A stretch of 64,000 bases of DNA, from IMG/VR virus record IMGVR_UViG_3300027969_000058, positions 32,001 through 96,000 of that record; one strand, given 5' to 3'. The notes below the pieces were generated by a model that saw only the letters and a list, made by a program, of their open reading frames with translations, did no database searches and was not told the origin of the DNA. The DNA comes from a virus. Made by a program: the position numbers and the translations under genes. This document shows, piece after piece, positions 17,642 to 26,319 of this stretch; position 1 is the first letter of the stretch; every line of letters begins with the position of its first letter.

Positions 17642-18053
17642 CCTCTTCTGGTTCTTCTTTGTCTTTGAATGCTTCTAAAATCCAATCAAGATTAAATATC
17701 CTGTTTCTACTAATTAGATTCCAGGGCGTTAGCTCATCATTGGTCATATAGTATGCATTTGGTTGTGCTAATATAAAACTAACAAAATTTTTAGTTATCT
17801 CATCGCAGTTGTCAATATCTATAATAACAAAGTCCGAGTTATTGGCTGCATTAAGCATCCAGGCAATATCTACTTCATCTGTGTCATATATGTATACATT
17901 TATATCATCAGGGCAAGCACTAAGTAAAGTCTGAAATTGCATCTTTACTTTAGTGCTGGGTTTTACTAACAGATATCCGGGGTTCAAATTAAACAGCGTA
18001 TCTGGTGGAGTGATAAGATTAATTTTTCCTAAGTTCATAAATTCTTTGTGCAA
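17622..18053 (-). CDS. Hypothetical protein
   Basis: ORF overlapping both neighbours; start may be MNLGK. Confidence 0.7.
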   Translation of the reverse strand: MHKEFMNLGKINLITPPDTLFNLNPGYLLVKPSTKVKMQFQTLLSACPDDINVYIYDTDEVDIAWMLNAANNSDFVIIDIDNCDEITKNFVSFILAQPNAYYMTNDELTPWNLISRNRIFNLDWILEAFKDKEEPEEDEDEGQ

Positions 18054-18228
18054 AATAGTCTAATTGATCAATACTGTAGATGCTGAACTTAGGACCCTTT
18101 TCTTGAATTCGTTTTACAAATTCAGCTAACTCAGGCTCTTGTGTCTCATCAACTACAATATTTTTAAATTCGTGTTCGCTGTACTCTTTATATAGTCTAT
18201 CTGAAGAACGCATTTGATCTTTTTTCAT
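18019..18228 (-). CDS. Hypothetical ORF; probably the -1 frameshift extension of 18279..19448
   Basis: Frame is open upstream to the A9G run at 18336-18345; no SD before its ATG. Confidence 0.6.
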   Translation of the reverse strand: MKKDQMRSSDRLYKEYSEHEFKNIVVDETQEPELAEFVKRIQEKGPKFSIYSIDQLDYFAQRIYELRKN

Positions 18229-18278
18229 TATGCGTTGCCAAAGTGTTGTTTCACCTTGTTCAGCATTTTGAACATAGG

Positions 18279-19448
18279 TTAGTTCTTCTTCTCTTTGAGC
18301 TTCTGCTGCCCCTCTTCCTTGATCATGTAAGTTGTCTTTTTTTTTAGATCTTCTGTAAGTTCAGGAAGAATTTGATAAGTTGATGAGTTCACTGTGAGAT
18401 CCACAGTGTCAACTGTAGTAGGTTCAGTTTCTTCAACCTTGGGGGTAGCAGGAACAAATTCTACTACGGCAGTGACAGCGATATTCGGTGATTGAATTTC
18501 AATCGGTGTGTCAAGTTTTGCAACTATTGGATCTAAATTTTCAAAATGAGCAAATGGTTGATTCAAGTATGGATGTTTATCTAATACAGATTCGTCTGGT
18601 AAAACAGTTTCTTTGATCTGCTCAACCTGAGCGTCAGTTAACGGTCCATCGTCTGGCTCGTAAGTTGGCACTGGTACTACTTTTAGTTTTTCTTCTTTTA
18701 ACCAGCCAAACGTCATTTGAGCTGCCAATAGCATGATAACTGCCAAAGGATCAAATACAACCACAATTAAAATAATTACCCATGTAACGGCTTTTTCAAG
18801 AAGATTAGCATCTGGGTTGTCACCGTAGACAAAAGCCGCGATGTATTTGATTGGTCCTACTTCGGCTTCTACTTTACGTACCTCAGCGGCAATAGGCGCC
18901 CTCTCTTCAGATAGTTGACTAATAGTTTTCTGTTCGGCAGTGATCTCAGATTGGAGACGAGTACGTTCTTTTTGCTGTCCTCTTCGAATCGAAACTGCTT
19001 TGTCGGCACCCTTTTCATCTTGGCTTCGGCCCATGACTTGGTCCACAGCCTCATCCATCTGTTTAAGCGCCTTACGGTTCGCATCTATATTATCCTTTGC
19101 TGTCTTAATCTTTTCGTCATAGATGGCAATCTTACTTGTTACGTCGCCGCCGACTAAAGTTTGATCGGTATGTGCCTTACTTAAGAATCCAAAGATACCC
19201 ATGCTGGTTATAAACATTAGTACAATGATTGCAACCAACATGTAACTGCGTATAAAGTTAGGAGCTCGTTCCCAGTTAGCTTTAAGCCATGAAGCGCATA
19301 CTAATTTTGCTATTTCTAAACTACCTCCCATAATATAGATAGGAATAGTTGCGGCTGCAAAAATAGCGGCCAAGCCAATAACACTATAATAGATGGCCAC
19401 TCCGGAGATGACAAGGCCAGTAAGGAGTAATAAAGACGCCAGTATCAT
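18279..19448 (-). CDS. Multi-TM coiled-coil membrane protein
   Basis: Three N-terminal TMs, long coiled coil, further TM, acidic Pro-rich tail. Confidence 0.85.
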   Translation of the reverse strand: MILASLLLLTGLVISGVAIYYSVIGLAAIFAAATIPIYIMGGSLEIAKLVCASWLKANWERAPNFIRSYMLVAIIVLMFITSMGIFGFLSKAHTDQTLVGGDVTSKIAIYDEKIKTAKDNIDANRKALKQMDEAVDQVMGRSQDEKGADKAVSIRRGQQKERTRLQSEITAEQKTISQLSEERAPIAAEVRKVEAEVGPIKYIAAFVYGDNPDANLLEKAVTWVIILIVVVFDPLAVIMLLAAQMTFGWLKEEKLKVVPVPTYEPDDGPLTDAQVEQIKETVLPDESVLDKHPYLNQPFAHFENLDPIVAKLDTPIEIQSPNIAVTAVVEFVPATPKVEETEPTTVDTVDLTVNSSTYQILPELTEDLKKKTTYMIKEEGQQKLKEKKN

Positions 19449-19451
19449 TAA

Positions 19452-20075
19452 TTAAACAGTAGAAACTATTTCCGTTCCGTCTAAAATTTGAACAGAAACA
19501 TCATCATATACATCGCCATCGGTATCAGGCCGTTGAATTGTAATTGATGACAGTACGCCTGCTGTTCCTACAGTGTCGTATGTATTCCATTTACGTGTAT
19601 AGCCTGAGGTGCCGCCACGTTGAATACCTTGTGCTACAAGATAACGTATTGCTTTTGCTGTAGTGTCGATTGTAACAGCGGCACCTGTAGTAGGTGCAAA
19701 TGTTGTAGCAACTTTTTGAACTGCACCTAATACAAAATCATCTCTGTCATATTTTACAGTAAATGCAATGTTAGTAGGAACATTGTTAGCATCTGTTGCG
19801 CCGGCGCTGGTTACTTCTACATCAATAATTTGAGCATCACTATGCTTAGATAACTCTTCAATAATTGCTTGCCAGCGCATATTGCCACGACTTAATCGTA
19901 GTGAGTTTACTTCAGATGAAGGTAATGTAGTGTAGCTATCCCAATTGTAGGGGTTTACTGCGCCATTAGCAGGTGCTGCCGCTGTCCATGTAGCAGTGCC
20001 ACCGGTCATTGTAATTACCACACGATAAAAATCTGGTGATAGTTGGTTTGTGTCTTGTTGAAATCCTGAGGCCAT
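19452..20075 (-). CDS. Hypothetical, probable virion structural protein
   Basis: Thr/Ala/Gly-rich beta composition; TAAATA box and SD upstream. Confidence 0.7.
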   Translation of the reverse strand: MASGFQQDTNQLSPDFYRVVITMTGGTATWTAAAPANGAVNPYNWDSYTTLPSSEVNSLRLSRGNMRWQAIIEELSKHSDAQIIDVEVTSAGATDANNVPTNIAFTVKYDRDDFVLGAVQKVATTFAPTTGAAVTIDTTAKAIRYLVAQGIQRGGTSGYTRKWNTYDTVGTAGVLSSITIQRPDTDGDVYDDVSVQILDGTEIVSTV

Positions 20076-20096
20076 TTTTTAGCTTCCTATGTTATT

Positions 20097-20513
20097 CTAA
20101 TATTTATCAACAAAAGTCCAAGTCCTTCTATTAGTATTAAGACATGCGGTGTCTTGATAGCTATTAGCTTTGTCATTTATACGTATAAAACTATAAATTC
20201 TTCTACATACTGTGCCGCTGGCTGGCCACGTATAAACAATTCTTACTTGTCCGTCTGCGTCGTCAATCATACTGCGCCATGTGACAGTTTCACCGTTGTC
20301 AAGATTATTTAGCGCATGATTAACGGCTTGTTTATGATTATCTAAATCTTGTTTAGATAATGATGTACCAAACCATTTGTTCATTACCCATGCAATGCCT
20401 ACAGTTTGTGATTCAAACGCAGGACTTTGTGCATATACAGGATTAAGGACTAACAGTAGGCACAATTTCCCAAGTACCGTCCCATTTTTTACACGCATAA
20501 GTACGTCTTTCAA
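20097..20513 (-). CDS. 17-kDa surface antigen-like (RT0821/Lpp0805-type) protein
   Basis: AL....NGETVTW...G.V......CR.......ACL....W pattern. Confidence 0.65.
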   Translation of the reverse strand: MKDVLMRVKNGTVLGKLCLLLVLNPVYAQSPAFESQTVGIAWVMNKWFGTSLSKQDLDNHKQAVNHALNNLDNGETVTWRSMIDDADGQVRIVYTWPASGTVCRRIYSFIRINDKANSYQDTACLNTNRRTWTFVDKY

Positions 20514-20760
20514 CTGTTTGTCCCCTTAAATTAGTAAGGTATCTAAATTCTCCGCAATCTGACGAGATTCCAGTTCGTGCCATAACTATTCGATCAACTG
20601 GGTCGTCGGAGCAGATAACAGTAGTTTTACTTGAAACATCACTGCCGTTATCTACTTCTACTATCTTCTTTGTATGACAAAATTGTCCTGCTACTTTTTT
20701 AGGTGATGAGCTACAGCCTGCGGCTGTAATTATCACTGCAAGAACAATTAGCCATTTCAT
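20443..20760 (-). CDS. Lipoprotein
   Basis: Lipobox AAGC; ends in ACKKWDGTWEIV. Confidence 0.75.
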   Translation of the reverse strand: MKWLIVLAVIITAAGCSSSPKKVAGQFCHTKKIVEVDNGSDVSSKTTVICSDDPVDRIVMARTGISSDCGEFRYLTNLRGQTVERRTYACKKWDGTWEIVPTVSP

Positions 20761-21230
20761 TGCTTTCTCGCTTTAGATTCTGCAATAAGTTGATCAAATG
20801 TAGATTTAGGCATCTCAAGTCTAACAAATGTATAATGTTTCCCGCCCATGGTAAAATGTGCAGTTTCAGTACGCAGATGTTCGCGGATAGTAGTATCTTT
20901 TACCACATACGAAATTCGAGTTCGTGTGGACTTTTTATCGTTTACAAAGTTAATCTCAGTTTCACTATTAACTTCACTGTTAATACGCTTGGCAAAGTTG
21001 TTCATCGCAATAGCGTACATCTGTTCTTCGGCAGCCTGTGCATAAACACTTTCTCCACCGCCGCAGGCATTGGCAAATTCTTTCTTCCACCAAAACCAAC
21101 CTTTAACTGAACTCTGCTGGCATTCTGTATACCAATCTGGCATTGCATAGGCTTTGCGTTCTTCTACGGTCTTCATGCCTGAGCAGGCAGTTAGTGCGGC
21201 TATGATAGGAATTAAAATAAACTTTTTCAT
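20757..21230 (-). CDS. Lipoprotein (LPP20-like)
   Basis: Lipobox LTAC, PDWY motif. Confidence 0.75.
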   Translation of the reverse strand: MKKFILIPIIAALTACSGMKTVEERKAYAMPDWYTECQQSSVKGWFWWKKEFANACGGGESVYAQAAEEQMYAIAMNNFAKRINSEVNSETEINFVNDKKSTRTRISYVVKDTTIREHLRTETAHFTMGGKHYTFVRLEMPKSTFDQLIAESKARKQ

Positions 21231-21355
21231 TTTGCCATCTCCTGTGAGTGTGTTTTAATAGTGTCGACTCCTCGGTCAAGCATACGAGCAACGCCCGAGA
21301 ATCCTACGGTAGCAAGTATTAGTCCAAAGACTGCGCCAATAACAAAGTTTTTCAT
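21227..21355 (-). CDS. Small membrane protein (42 aa)
   Basis: MKNFVIGAVFGLILATVGFSGVARMLDRGVDTIK...; ATGA overlap with the next gene. Confidence 0.6.
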   Translation of the reverse strand: MKNFVIGAVFGLILATVGFSGVARMLDRGVDTIKTHSQEMAK

Positions 21356-21401
21356 ATTTGCCTTTCTGTGTGTGTGAAATTAAAAAGCCTCTGTAGCATG
21401 T

Positions 21402-21430
21402 ATTATACTATCAGAGGCATTGTTAGTCAA
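21402..21430 (-). promoter_or_regulatory. sigma70 promoter with inverted repeat around the -10
   Basis: TTGACT-17 nt-TATAAT; GCCTCTG/CAGAGGC inverted repeat at 21387-21418. Confidence 0.8.
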
Positions 21431-21440
21431 TGATATTTGG

Positions 21441-21743
21441 TTACTTAAAGAATATCAAAACCATCAATACGCTTTGGATGATAAATCCTACGCCAATTGT
21501 GATGACATTGAGCATATCCTTTTGGACTGCGGCTTTGACAAACATCAAAGTCAATCCTGTCCACATTAACAATATAATGTCTGCGCTGGGCATCTTATCA
21601 GTAAGCCCTGCCATCACAGCCAACAAACTTGGAATGGTTGCTGAATGGATTACAATTACTGCTAACCAACCCAAAGTTTCGGCAGATACATGGGCGACTT
21701 TTTCTCGCACAAATGTTCTAACTGTTTCAACATTAAAATCCAT
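21441..21743 (-). CDS. Small three-TM membrane protein
   Basis: Three hydrophobic segments. Confidence 0.75.
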   Translation of the reverse strand: MDFNVETVRTFVREKVAHVSAETLGWLAVIVIHSATIPSLLAVMAGLTDKMPSADIILLMWTGLTLMFVKAAVQKDMLNVITIGVGFIIQSVLMVLIFFK

Positions 21744-21745
21744 GA

Positions 21746-22285
21746 TTATTCCTTATAAAAAATATGACGACCAATTTTACCAATTACTGGCTTACCCCAA
21801 CCTGGATTAACGTAGTCGGCATGATAGAACATGGCCTTCTTCATTGTGTCCAAACGGAATCCTTCTAATAGAACTTTTTTAGCAACTTCATAACTTTCAT
21901 TATATGCTGCCGTGTTCTTAATAATTGCTTTGCCACCATTTAGGCAGTACCAGCTAAATTGGCAAACTACTTTTTCCATAAACACATTCTTTTGGTAAAC
22001 AACGCCGCAGACATCGCTGGGAAATTTTCCAGATGCTGCTCGATTCATTGTTACCTGTGCTACTGCTACTTTACCTTCGAAGGACTCATATCCTGCTTCG
22101 TGGTAAATGTTTTTGGCTAAACAATCTAATTGTCTTTCTCTATCTTTGGCTGTTATAATTTCTGTCGAAGCCATAGCTTCTAAATTTTCCAGAGACGAAA
22201 ATTTCCTGGCTGTCACGGTTTGTATCAAACCTGCTATTAGAATGAAGCTAATAACAAAGATACTGAAACGTATCATTTTTTCCAT
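21746..22285 (-). CDS. Cell wall hydrolase, SleB/Hydrolase_2 family
   Basis: CLAKNIYHEA, VAVAQVTMNR, CQFSW, FYHADYVNPGW, IGRHIFY. Confidence 0.92.
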   Translation of the reverse strand: MEKMIRFSIFVISFILIAGLIQTVTARKFSSLENLEAMASTEIITAKDRERQLDCLAKNIYHEAGYESFEGKVAVAQVTMNRAASGKFPSDVCGVVYQKNVFMEKVVCQFSWYCLNGGKAIIKNTAAYNESYEVAKKVLLEGFRLDTMKKAMFYHADYVNPGWGKPVIGKIGRHIFYKE

Positions 22286-22327
22286 AGTTTTCTCCTTAAG
22301 TAAGTAGTTATCTCGAATAGATTCGAG

Positions 22328-22723
22328 TTATCTACGCATTTTGCTAATATCAATAGCTTCTTCGTCGCTAAACACCGGTACTGCATTGCTTTTATGCATT
22401 GTTGCAATACCTTTAACTTTAGTTCCGGTATAGACCTTAGCTGGTGCTAATGTAGCAACACCATTATCCTGCCCTAAACTTTTAATATGGGTTGTTGTTC
22501 GGTTAGCAGGAATACTTAGCGAGTAATTCCCTGTTAAGGGTTCGGCGCACAATGCTCGCTTGCGCTTCTTTTCTTCAGCTTCTACTCCCCATCGTTTTTG
22601 AAGCTCTTTCCAATCTTTATCCAATTGCTCGCTTTTCCTTTTTGCTTCTGCGCTGGCAAATTTTACTTTACCTTTCTTCTTGCCTGTGGTACTGAGCCAC
22701 GGGCCTTCTAAATGCATTGTCAT
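22328..22723 (-). CDS. Conserved-type phage hypothetical protein
   Basis: Ends YTG..VKGIATMHKSNAVPVF; own sigma70 promoter. Confidence 0.75.
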   Translation of the reverse strand: MTMHLEGPWLSTTGKKKGKVKFASAEAKRKSEQLDKDWKELQKRWGVEAEEKKRKRALCAEPLTGNYSLSIPANRTTTHIKSLGQDNGVATLAPAKVYTGTKVKGIATMHKSNAVPVFSDEEAIDISKMRR

Positions 22724-22753
22724 ATTTTCACCAAAAGTTAAAACACAAGCTAT

Positions 22754-22782
22754 AGTATATAGCCTTGTTCGACTTCTGTCAA
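22754..22782 (-). promoter_or_regulatory. sigma70 promoter
   Basis: TTGACA-17 nt-TATACT. Confidence 0.8.
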
Positions 22783-23103
22783 CTAAAACGAGTTAGCTAC
22801 CATTTCGAGCAATTCTTCATGCTCGAAATATGCATATTCTGGATTAAATTCATAAATGCCATCTTCTATGCTTTGCCAGTTTTCTATGCCTAAGATTTCA
22901 AAAATCTCATGCTTGCTTAACGGTTCGTCTCGCATATGGCTAACCCAGGCAGCTGTCATCACAGCACAGGCAAATACAACACGATCGCTGTAGACATCAT
23001 TGGCTTCACACCATTCAACTGTGCGTCGAAGATAATACTCTATATCTTCAATTCTGTGTTCTAATTGAGAAATCCAAAGTTTAGTTTGATTTCTTGACCA
23101 CAT
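22783..23103 (-). CDS. Hypothetical protein
   Basis: Start reassigned to MWSRN directly after the iscA stop. Confidence 0.65.
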   Translation of the reverse strand: MWSRNQTKLWISQLEHRIEDIEYYLRRTVEWCEANDVYSDRVVFACAVMTAAWVSHMRDEPLSKHEIFEILGIENWQSIEDGIYEFNPEYAYFEHEELLEMVANSF

Positions 23104-23104
23104 A

Positions 23105-23431
23105 TTATATCCTAAAAGATTCGCCGCACCCGCAACGGTCACGCTCATTTGGGTTTGAAAAGTCGAATCCTTCGTTGAGTCCTTCACGGACCCAATCCAT
23201 GGTTATTCCAGTTAAGTAAACTAAACTTTTAGCATCTATTAATACTACAAAGTCTTTTTGAGCAAAGTTAGTAACACCTTCTTCATATTTGTACTCGTCA
23301 ACATATTCTAAGGTATAGGCTAAGCCGCTACAGCCAGTAGTTCTTACACCGACACGGATGCCTACGCCTTTGCCACGGCGCTCTAACGTTTGCTTAATCT
23401 TTTTATACGCTGTGTCGGTTACGGTAATCAT
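23105..23431 (-). CDS. iscA: Fe-S cluster A-type carrier IscA
   Basis: GCSGLAY and CGCGESF. Confidence 0.95.
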   Translation of the reverse strand: MITVTDTAYKKIKQTLERRGKGVGIRVGVRTTGCSGLAYTLEYVDEYKYEEGVTNFAQKDFVVLIDAKSLVYLTGITMDWVREGLNEGFDFSNPNERDRCGCGESFRI

Positions 23432-23789
23432 TTACGGCTGCTTTGATAGCATCTTCTGCTAAAATTGAACAATGTATCTTAACCGGCGGCAGGGCTAATT
23501 CTTCGGCAATTTCGGAGTTTTTAATTTCTCCGGCTTTATCGATGTGCATTCCTTTGACCCACTCTGTAATGAGGCTCGAACTCGCGATAGCCGATCCGCA
23601 GCCATACGTTTTAAATTTCGCATCTGTAATAATACCTGTATCATGATCCACCTTTATCTGTAGCTTCATTACGTCGCCACAAGCAGGTGCGCCAACCATA
23701 CCAGTACCAATATCAGGATCACCCTTGTCAAAAGATCCGACATTACGAGGGTTTTCGTAGTGGTCTATCACCTTATTGCTGTATGCCAT
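23403..23789 (-). CDS. iscU: Fe-S scaffold IscU
   Basis: HYENPRNVG, GAPACGD, GCGSAIASSS, LPPVKIHCS. Confidence 0.97.
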   Translation of the reverse strand: MAYSNKVIDHYENPRNVGSFDKGDPDIGTGMVGAPACGDVMKLQIKVDHDTGIITDAKFKTYGCGSAIASSSLITEWVKGMHIDKAGEIKNSEIAEELALPPVKIHCSILAEDAIKAAVNDYRNRHSV

Positions 23790-23843
23790 TTTTGTTACTC
23801 ACTAAATATAAAGTATTTATAACCCCGATTGCATATATTCTTA

Positions 23844-24449
23844 TTAAACGTAAATAACGTAGTCTGGATATTTTTGTATACTATCTGTTAATACAGATGC
23901 TAAAGATTCTTTAATCAATCCTTGATACATAATTAATTGTTTGCTGTGGCCTGGATTAAAGTCTGTAGCATGTTTTACTCTTAGATCATGATACCACCAA
24001 GTATTAGTCTCTTCCGGTAATTTTAGATAGTGCTTATTACTATTACTATCTTCATACCACCAAGTTTGCGTTGGATTAGTATCAATTAGTATACTTCTTA
24101 TTGAATTGAATTCAGTGCTCGCTGCAAAATCATGATGAGCACCGACCGTATTAACACTTTGCAACACTCGAACTACATGAACTTCCATGGGAAGTTTATC
24201 TAAGTTATCAAATAACAACGGAAATAATTCAGGACAGTTCACATTGTTACATGTGTACGGCATGATATCACCTGGATCTATACCTGTTTTAACGTAGATA
24301 TCGAATCCTTTCCAATAAACTTGTCTTGCGTTTTTTGTCCGTGATGACTTGGTCACAAATTTTTTATTTTGATCCCATACTTTATTCCATACTTCCCAGT
24401 CTTTAGGCTGGACTTTGGGGAAAATTAATGGAACTGATACTGGAATCAT
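23844..24449 (-). CDS. Hypothetical protein, possible HxD...H double-stranded beta-helix fold
   Basis: GAHHD...KHAT spacing is suggestive only. Confidence 0.55.
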   Translation of the reverse strand: MIPVSVPLIFPKVQPKDWEVWNKVWDQNKKFVTKSSRTKNARQVYWKGFDIYVKTGIDPGDIMPYTCNNVNCPELFPLLFDNLDKLPMEVHVVRVLQSVNTVGAHHDFAASTEFNSIRSILIDTNPTQTWWYEDSNSNKHYLKLPEETNTWWYHDLRVKHATDFNPGHSKQLIMYQGLIKESLASVLTDSIQKYPDYVIYV

Positions 24450-24482
24450 ATTCTACCCCTGTATTAGTAGGGGCCCTTTGAT

Positions 24483-24683
24483 TTATTTCTTGTCTGCAGG
24501 CTTACGTTCGTTTTTAACTGCGGTAACATCGTTACGAGTTTCTTTGCACAACTTAGCCAAATCTTGGCAATGTTTACGAACACGGGTGCCGGCAGCGCCA
24601 ACTTCCTTGTCATAGAACTTTTCGAAGTCTGCCTCCATGGCCTCTACGATTTTTGTGAACTCTTGATATTTGTTTGCTGACAT
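24483..24683 (-). CDS. Histone H1-like Hc1 family protein
   Basis: EKFYDKEVGAAGTRVRK....LAKL.KE.R motif. Confidence 0.7.
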   Translation of the reverse strand: MSANKYQEFTKIVEAMEADFEKFYDKEVGAAGTRVRKHCQDLAKLCKETRNDVTAVKNERKPADKK

Positions 24684-24710
24684 AATAGTCTCCTTTTGTT
24701 ATATTAGTTA

Positions 24711-24902
24711 TTACCAGTGATGTAATGTGTTTGCAATAATGAAACAACATGTTATCACATGTATGATCACCCAGAACGTCTTTAAAAACAACGCTATACG
24801 TGCTTCTCTTAAAGAAAGTATAGGTATATCCGGACGATCTTCGTCTGTTTGGCCCATTAAATGACCTGTTGCTCTTGCCCAAACTTTCTCTAAACTATTC
24901 AT
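24711..24902 (-). CDS. Small membrane protein
   Basis: ATGA overlap with the upstream gene; C-terminal TM. Confidence 0.65.
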   Translation of the reverse strand: MNSLEKVWARATGHLMGQTDEDRPDIPILSLREARIALFLKTFWVIIHVITCCFIIANTLHHW

Positions 24903-25396
24903 AGTATAGGAAATTGTCCGTCAAGCCAGGCTTTGCAGTCTGACCAATTTTTATAAATGTGTGATTTTCCACCAGCTTCGATCCATTCTCGACAATTAGA
25001 GTGTCTATCGTCAATTAGGATATCTTCAGGACTTTTGCAGTATCGCCACTTGTCGTGACTAAATGGTCCAAAGAACACTGGAATACCGGGAAAGTGAGAA
25101 TTTGCCCACCACACTTTATCCTGTGCCGCAAATGGCATTGAGTAATCATGTGGTAATGCTGTTAAGAAATATAGTCCACATCCTGTCTTAGCATGATGTG
25201 TTCTACACCAATTAACTAATTCAGTAGCGCCGGCCATCAACGGCAAGTTACGATAGAAACGCATGTCGTCTTTAACTTTATCCCATTGTTCTTGTGGAAT
25301 ACGATCACCATCTTTGTTCCATCGTAGTTTAAGAACTTGTTGTGCGTGGGCATGCCAATCAGCAACAACATCGTCCATGTCTAAATAAATGTTCAT
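24899..25396 (-). CDS. HAD-family 5'(3')-deoxyribonucleotidase
   Basis: YLDMDDVVAD motif I; LIDDR motif. Confidence 0.85.
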   Translation of the reverse strand: MNIYLDMDDVVADWHAHAQQVLKLRWNKDGDRIPQEQWDKVKDDMRFYRNLPLMAGATELVNWCRTHHAKTGCGLYFLTALPHDYSMPFAAQDKVWWANSHFPGIPVFFGPFSHDKWRYCKSPEDILIDDRHSNCREWIEAGGKSHIYKNWSDCKAWLDGQFPIL

Positions 25397-25402
25397 GTAA
25401 AC

Positions 25403-25431
25403 ATTATGCTTTCATCTGATAAAAAGATCAA
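25403..25431 (-). promoter_or_regulatory. sigma70 promoter, probably leaderless transcript
   Basis: TTGATC-17 nt-CATAAT, 6 nt before ATG, no SD. Confidence 0.6.
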
Positions 25432-25432
25432 G

Positions 25433-25738
25433 TTAATTGGCAAACACGTCCGGTGAACCAGCAGTAATTGCACCGCTGTCAGTTGAGTCGCCTACTCGTG
25501 CAACTGCAATGTTACCAACAAACACACTGCCTGAGCCAGCGTTAATTGCGGCAGAATGTGCAACACATCGTCTTCCACTTTTAATAGTATGAGCTGCTGT
25601 AGGATTTCCTACACATTCAACTGGAATACCATTGGCAAAGACATTAGCGCCTGCACCTGTTGGTCCTGTAACCGTAGTAGAACCGTCACAGCTATGTCCT
25701 GTAGTTGTTGGGTCTCCGTCTCTGGCTATTGCTGGCAT
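25433..25738 (-). CDS. PAAR-repeat spike tip protein (T4 gp5.4-like)
   Basis: PAIARDGD..TGH, VFANG, VARVGD, GS.DVF. Confidence 0.92.
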   Translation of the reverse strand: MPAIARDGDPTTTGHSCDGSTTVTGPTGAGANVFANGIPVECVGNPTAAHTIKSGRRCVAHSAAINAGSGSVFVGNIAVARVGDSTDSGAITAGSPDVFAN

Positions 25739-25743
25739 ATTGA

Positions 25744-26058
25744 TTAGGTAATTATACTGCCTGCTGATACTGGTTGAATACCAGTTGTTTGAAACAAGTA
25801 CTGTTCAGCAATTTCTTTTACGGTTGTTCCACTTAGCATCACGGCTGCTTTATTTATAGTATAGTCAGCTTCCGGAGTAACTGTCATCATCACTGGTGCC
25901 ATGGCCGGACCGTTTTTAGTCATAGCCAGCATAACCGGCCTTGCTATAGTGAAACTGGTCATGTCTTCTTTGACATATTTTCCAATGAGTTCATCGCCGG
26001 TGATTATTTTTAAACTTACGATATCACCCGCATCAAATTTTGATTTTTCTAATAGCAT
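25744..26058 (-). CDS. Hypothetical protein (Sm-like beta barrel possible)
   Basis: IVSLKIITGDELIGK pattern; start reassigned to MLLEK. Confidence 0.7.
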   Translation of the reverse strand: MLLEKSKFDAGDIVSLKIITGDELIGKYVKEDMTSFTIARPVMLAMTKNGPAMAPVMMTVTPEADYTINKAAVMLSGTTVKEIAEQYLFQTTGIQPVSAGSIIT

Positions 26059-26059
26059 A

Positions 26060-26302
26060 TTAACCTTTAAGTGTGTTAAAAAATTCTTCGTCTTTATCAG
26101 CAAGGCCTTGAAAGCCTCCGGGCAATAGCACGCCGTCTTTAAAAATTTGTGGAACTGAGCGTAGTCCTTGATCTACTAAAAACTCTCGGGCACCAGGTTC
26201 ATCTTCCATTTTAATTACAGTAAATGGAATTTCTTTGCTTTCTAATAGTGCTTTTGTTCTGTCGCAAAATGGACAGTTATTTTTTGAATATACAGTTATC
26301 AT
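26060..26302 (-). CDS. Glutaredoxin
   Basis: CPFC, SVPQIF, GGF. Confidence 0.95.
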   Translation of the reverse strand: MITVYSKNNCPFCDRTKALLESKEIPFTVIKMEDEPGAREFLVDQGLRSVPQIFKDGVLLPGGFQGLADKDEEFFNTLKG

Positions 26303-26319
26303 ATGATCTCCTTGTTAGA

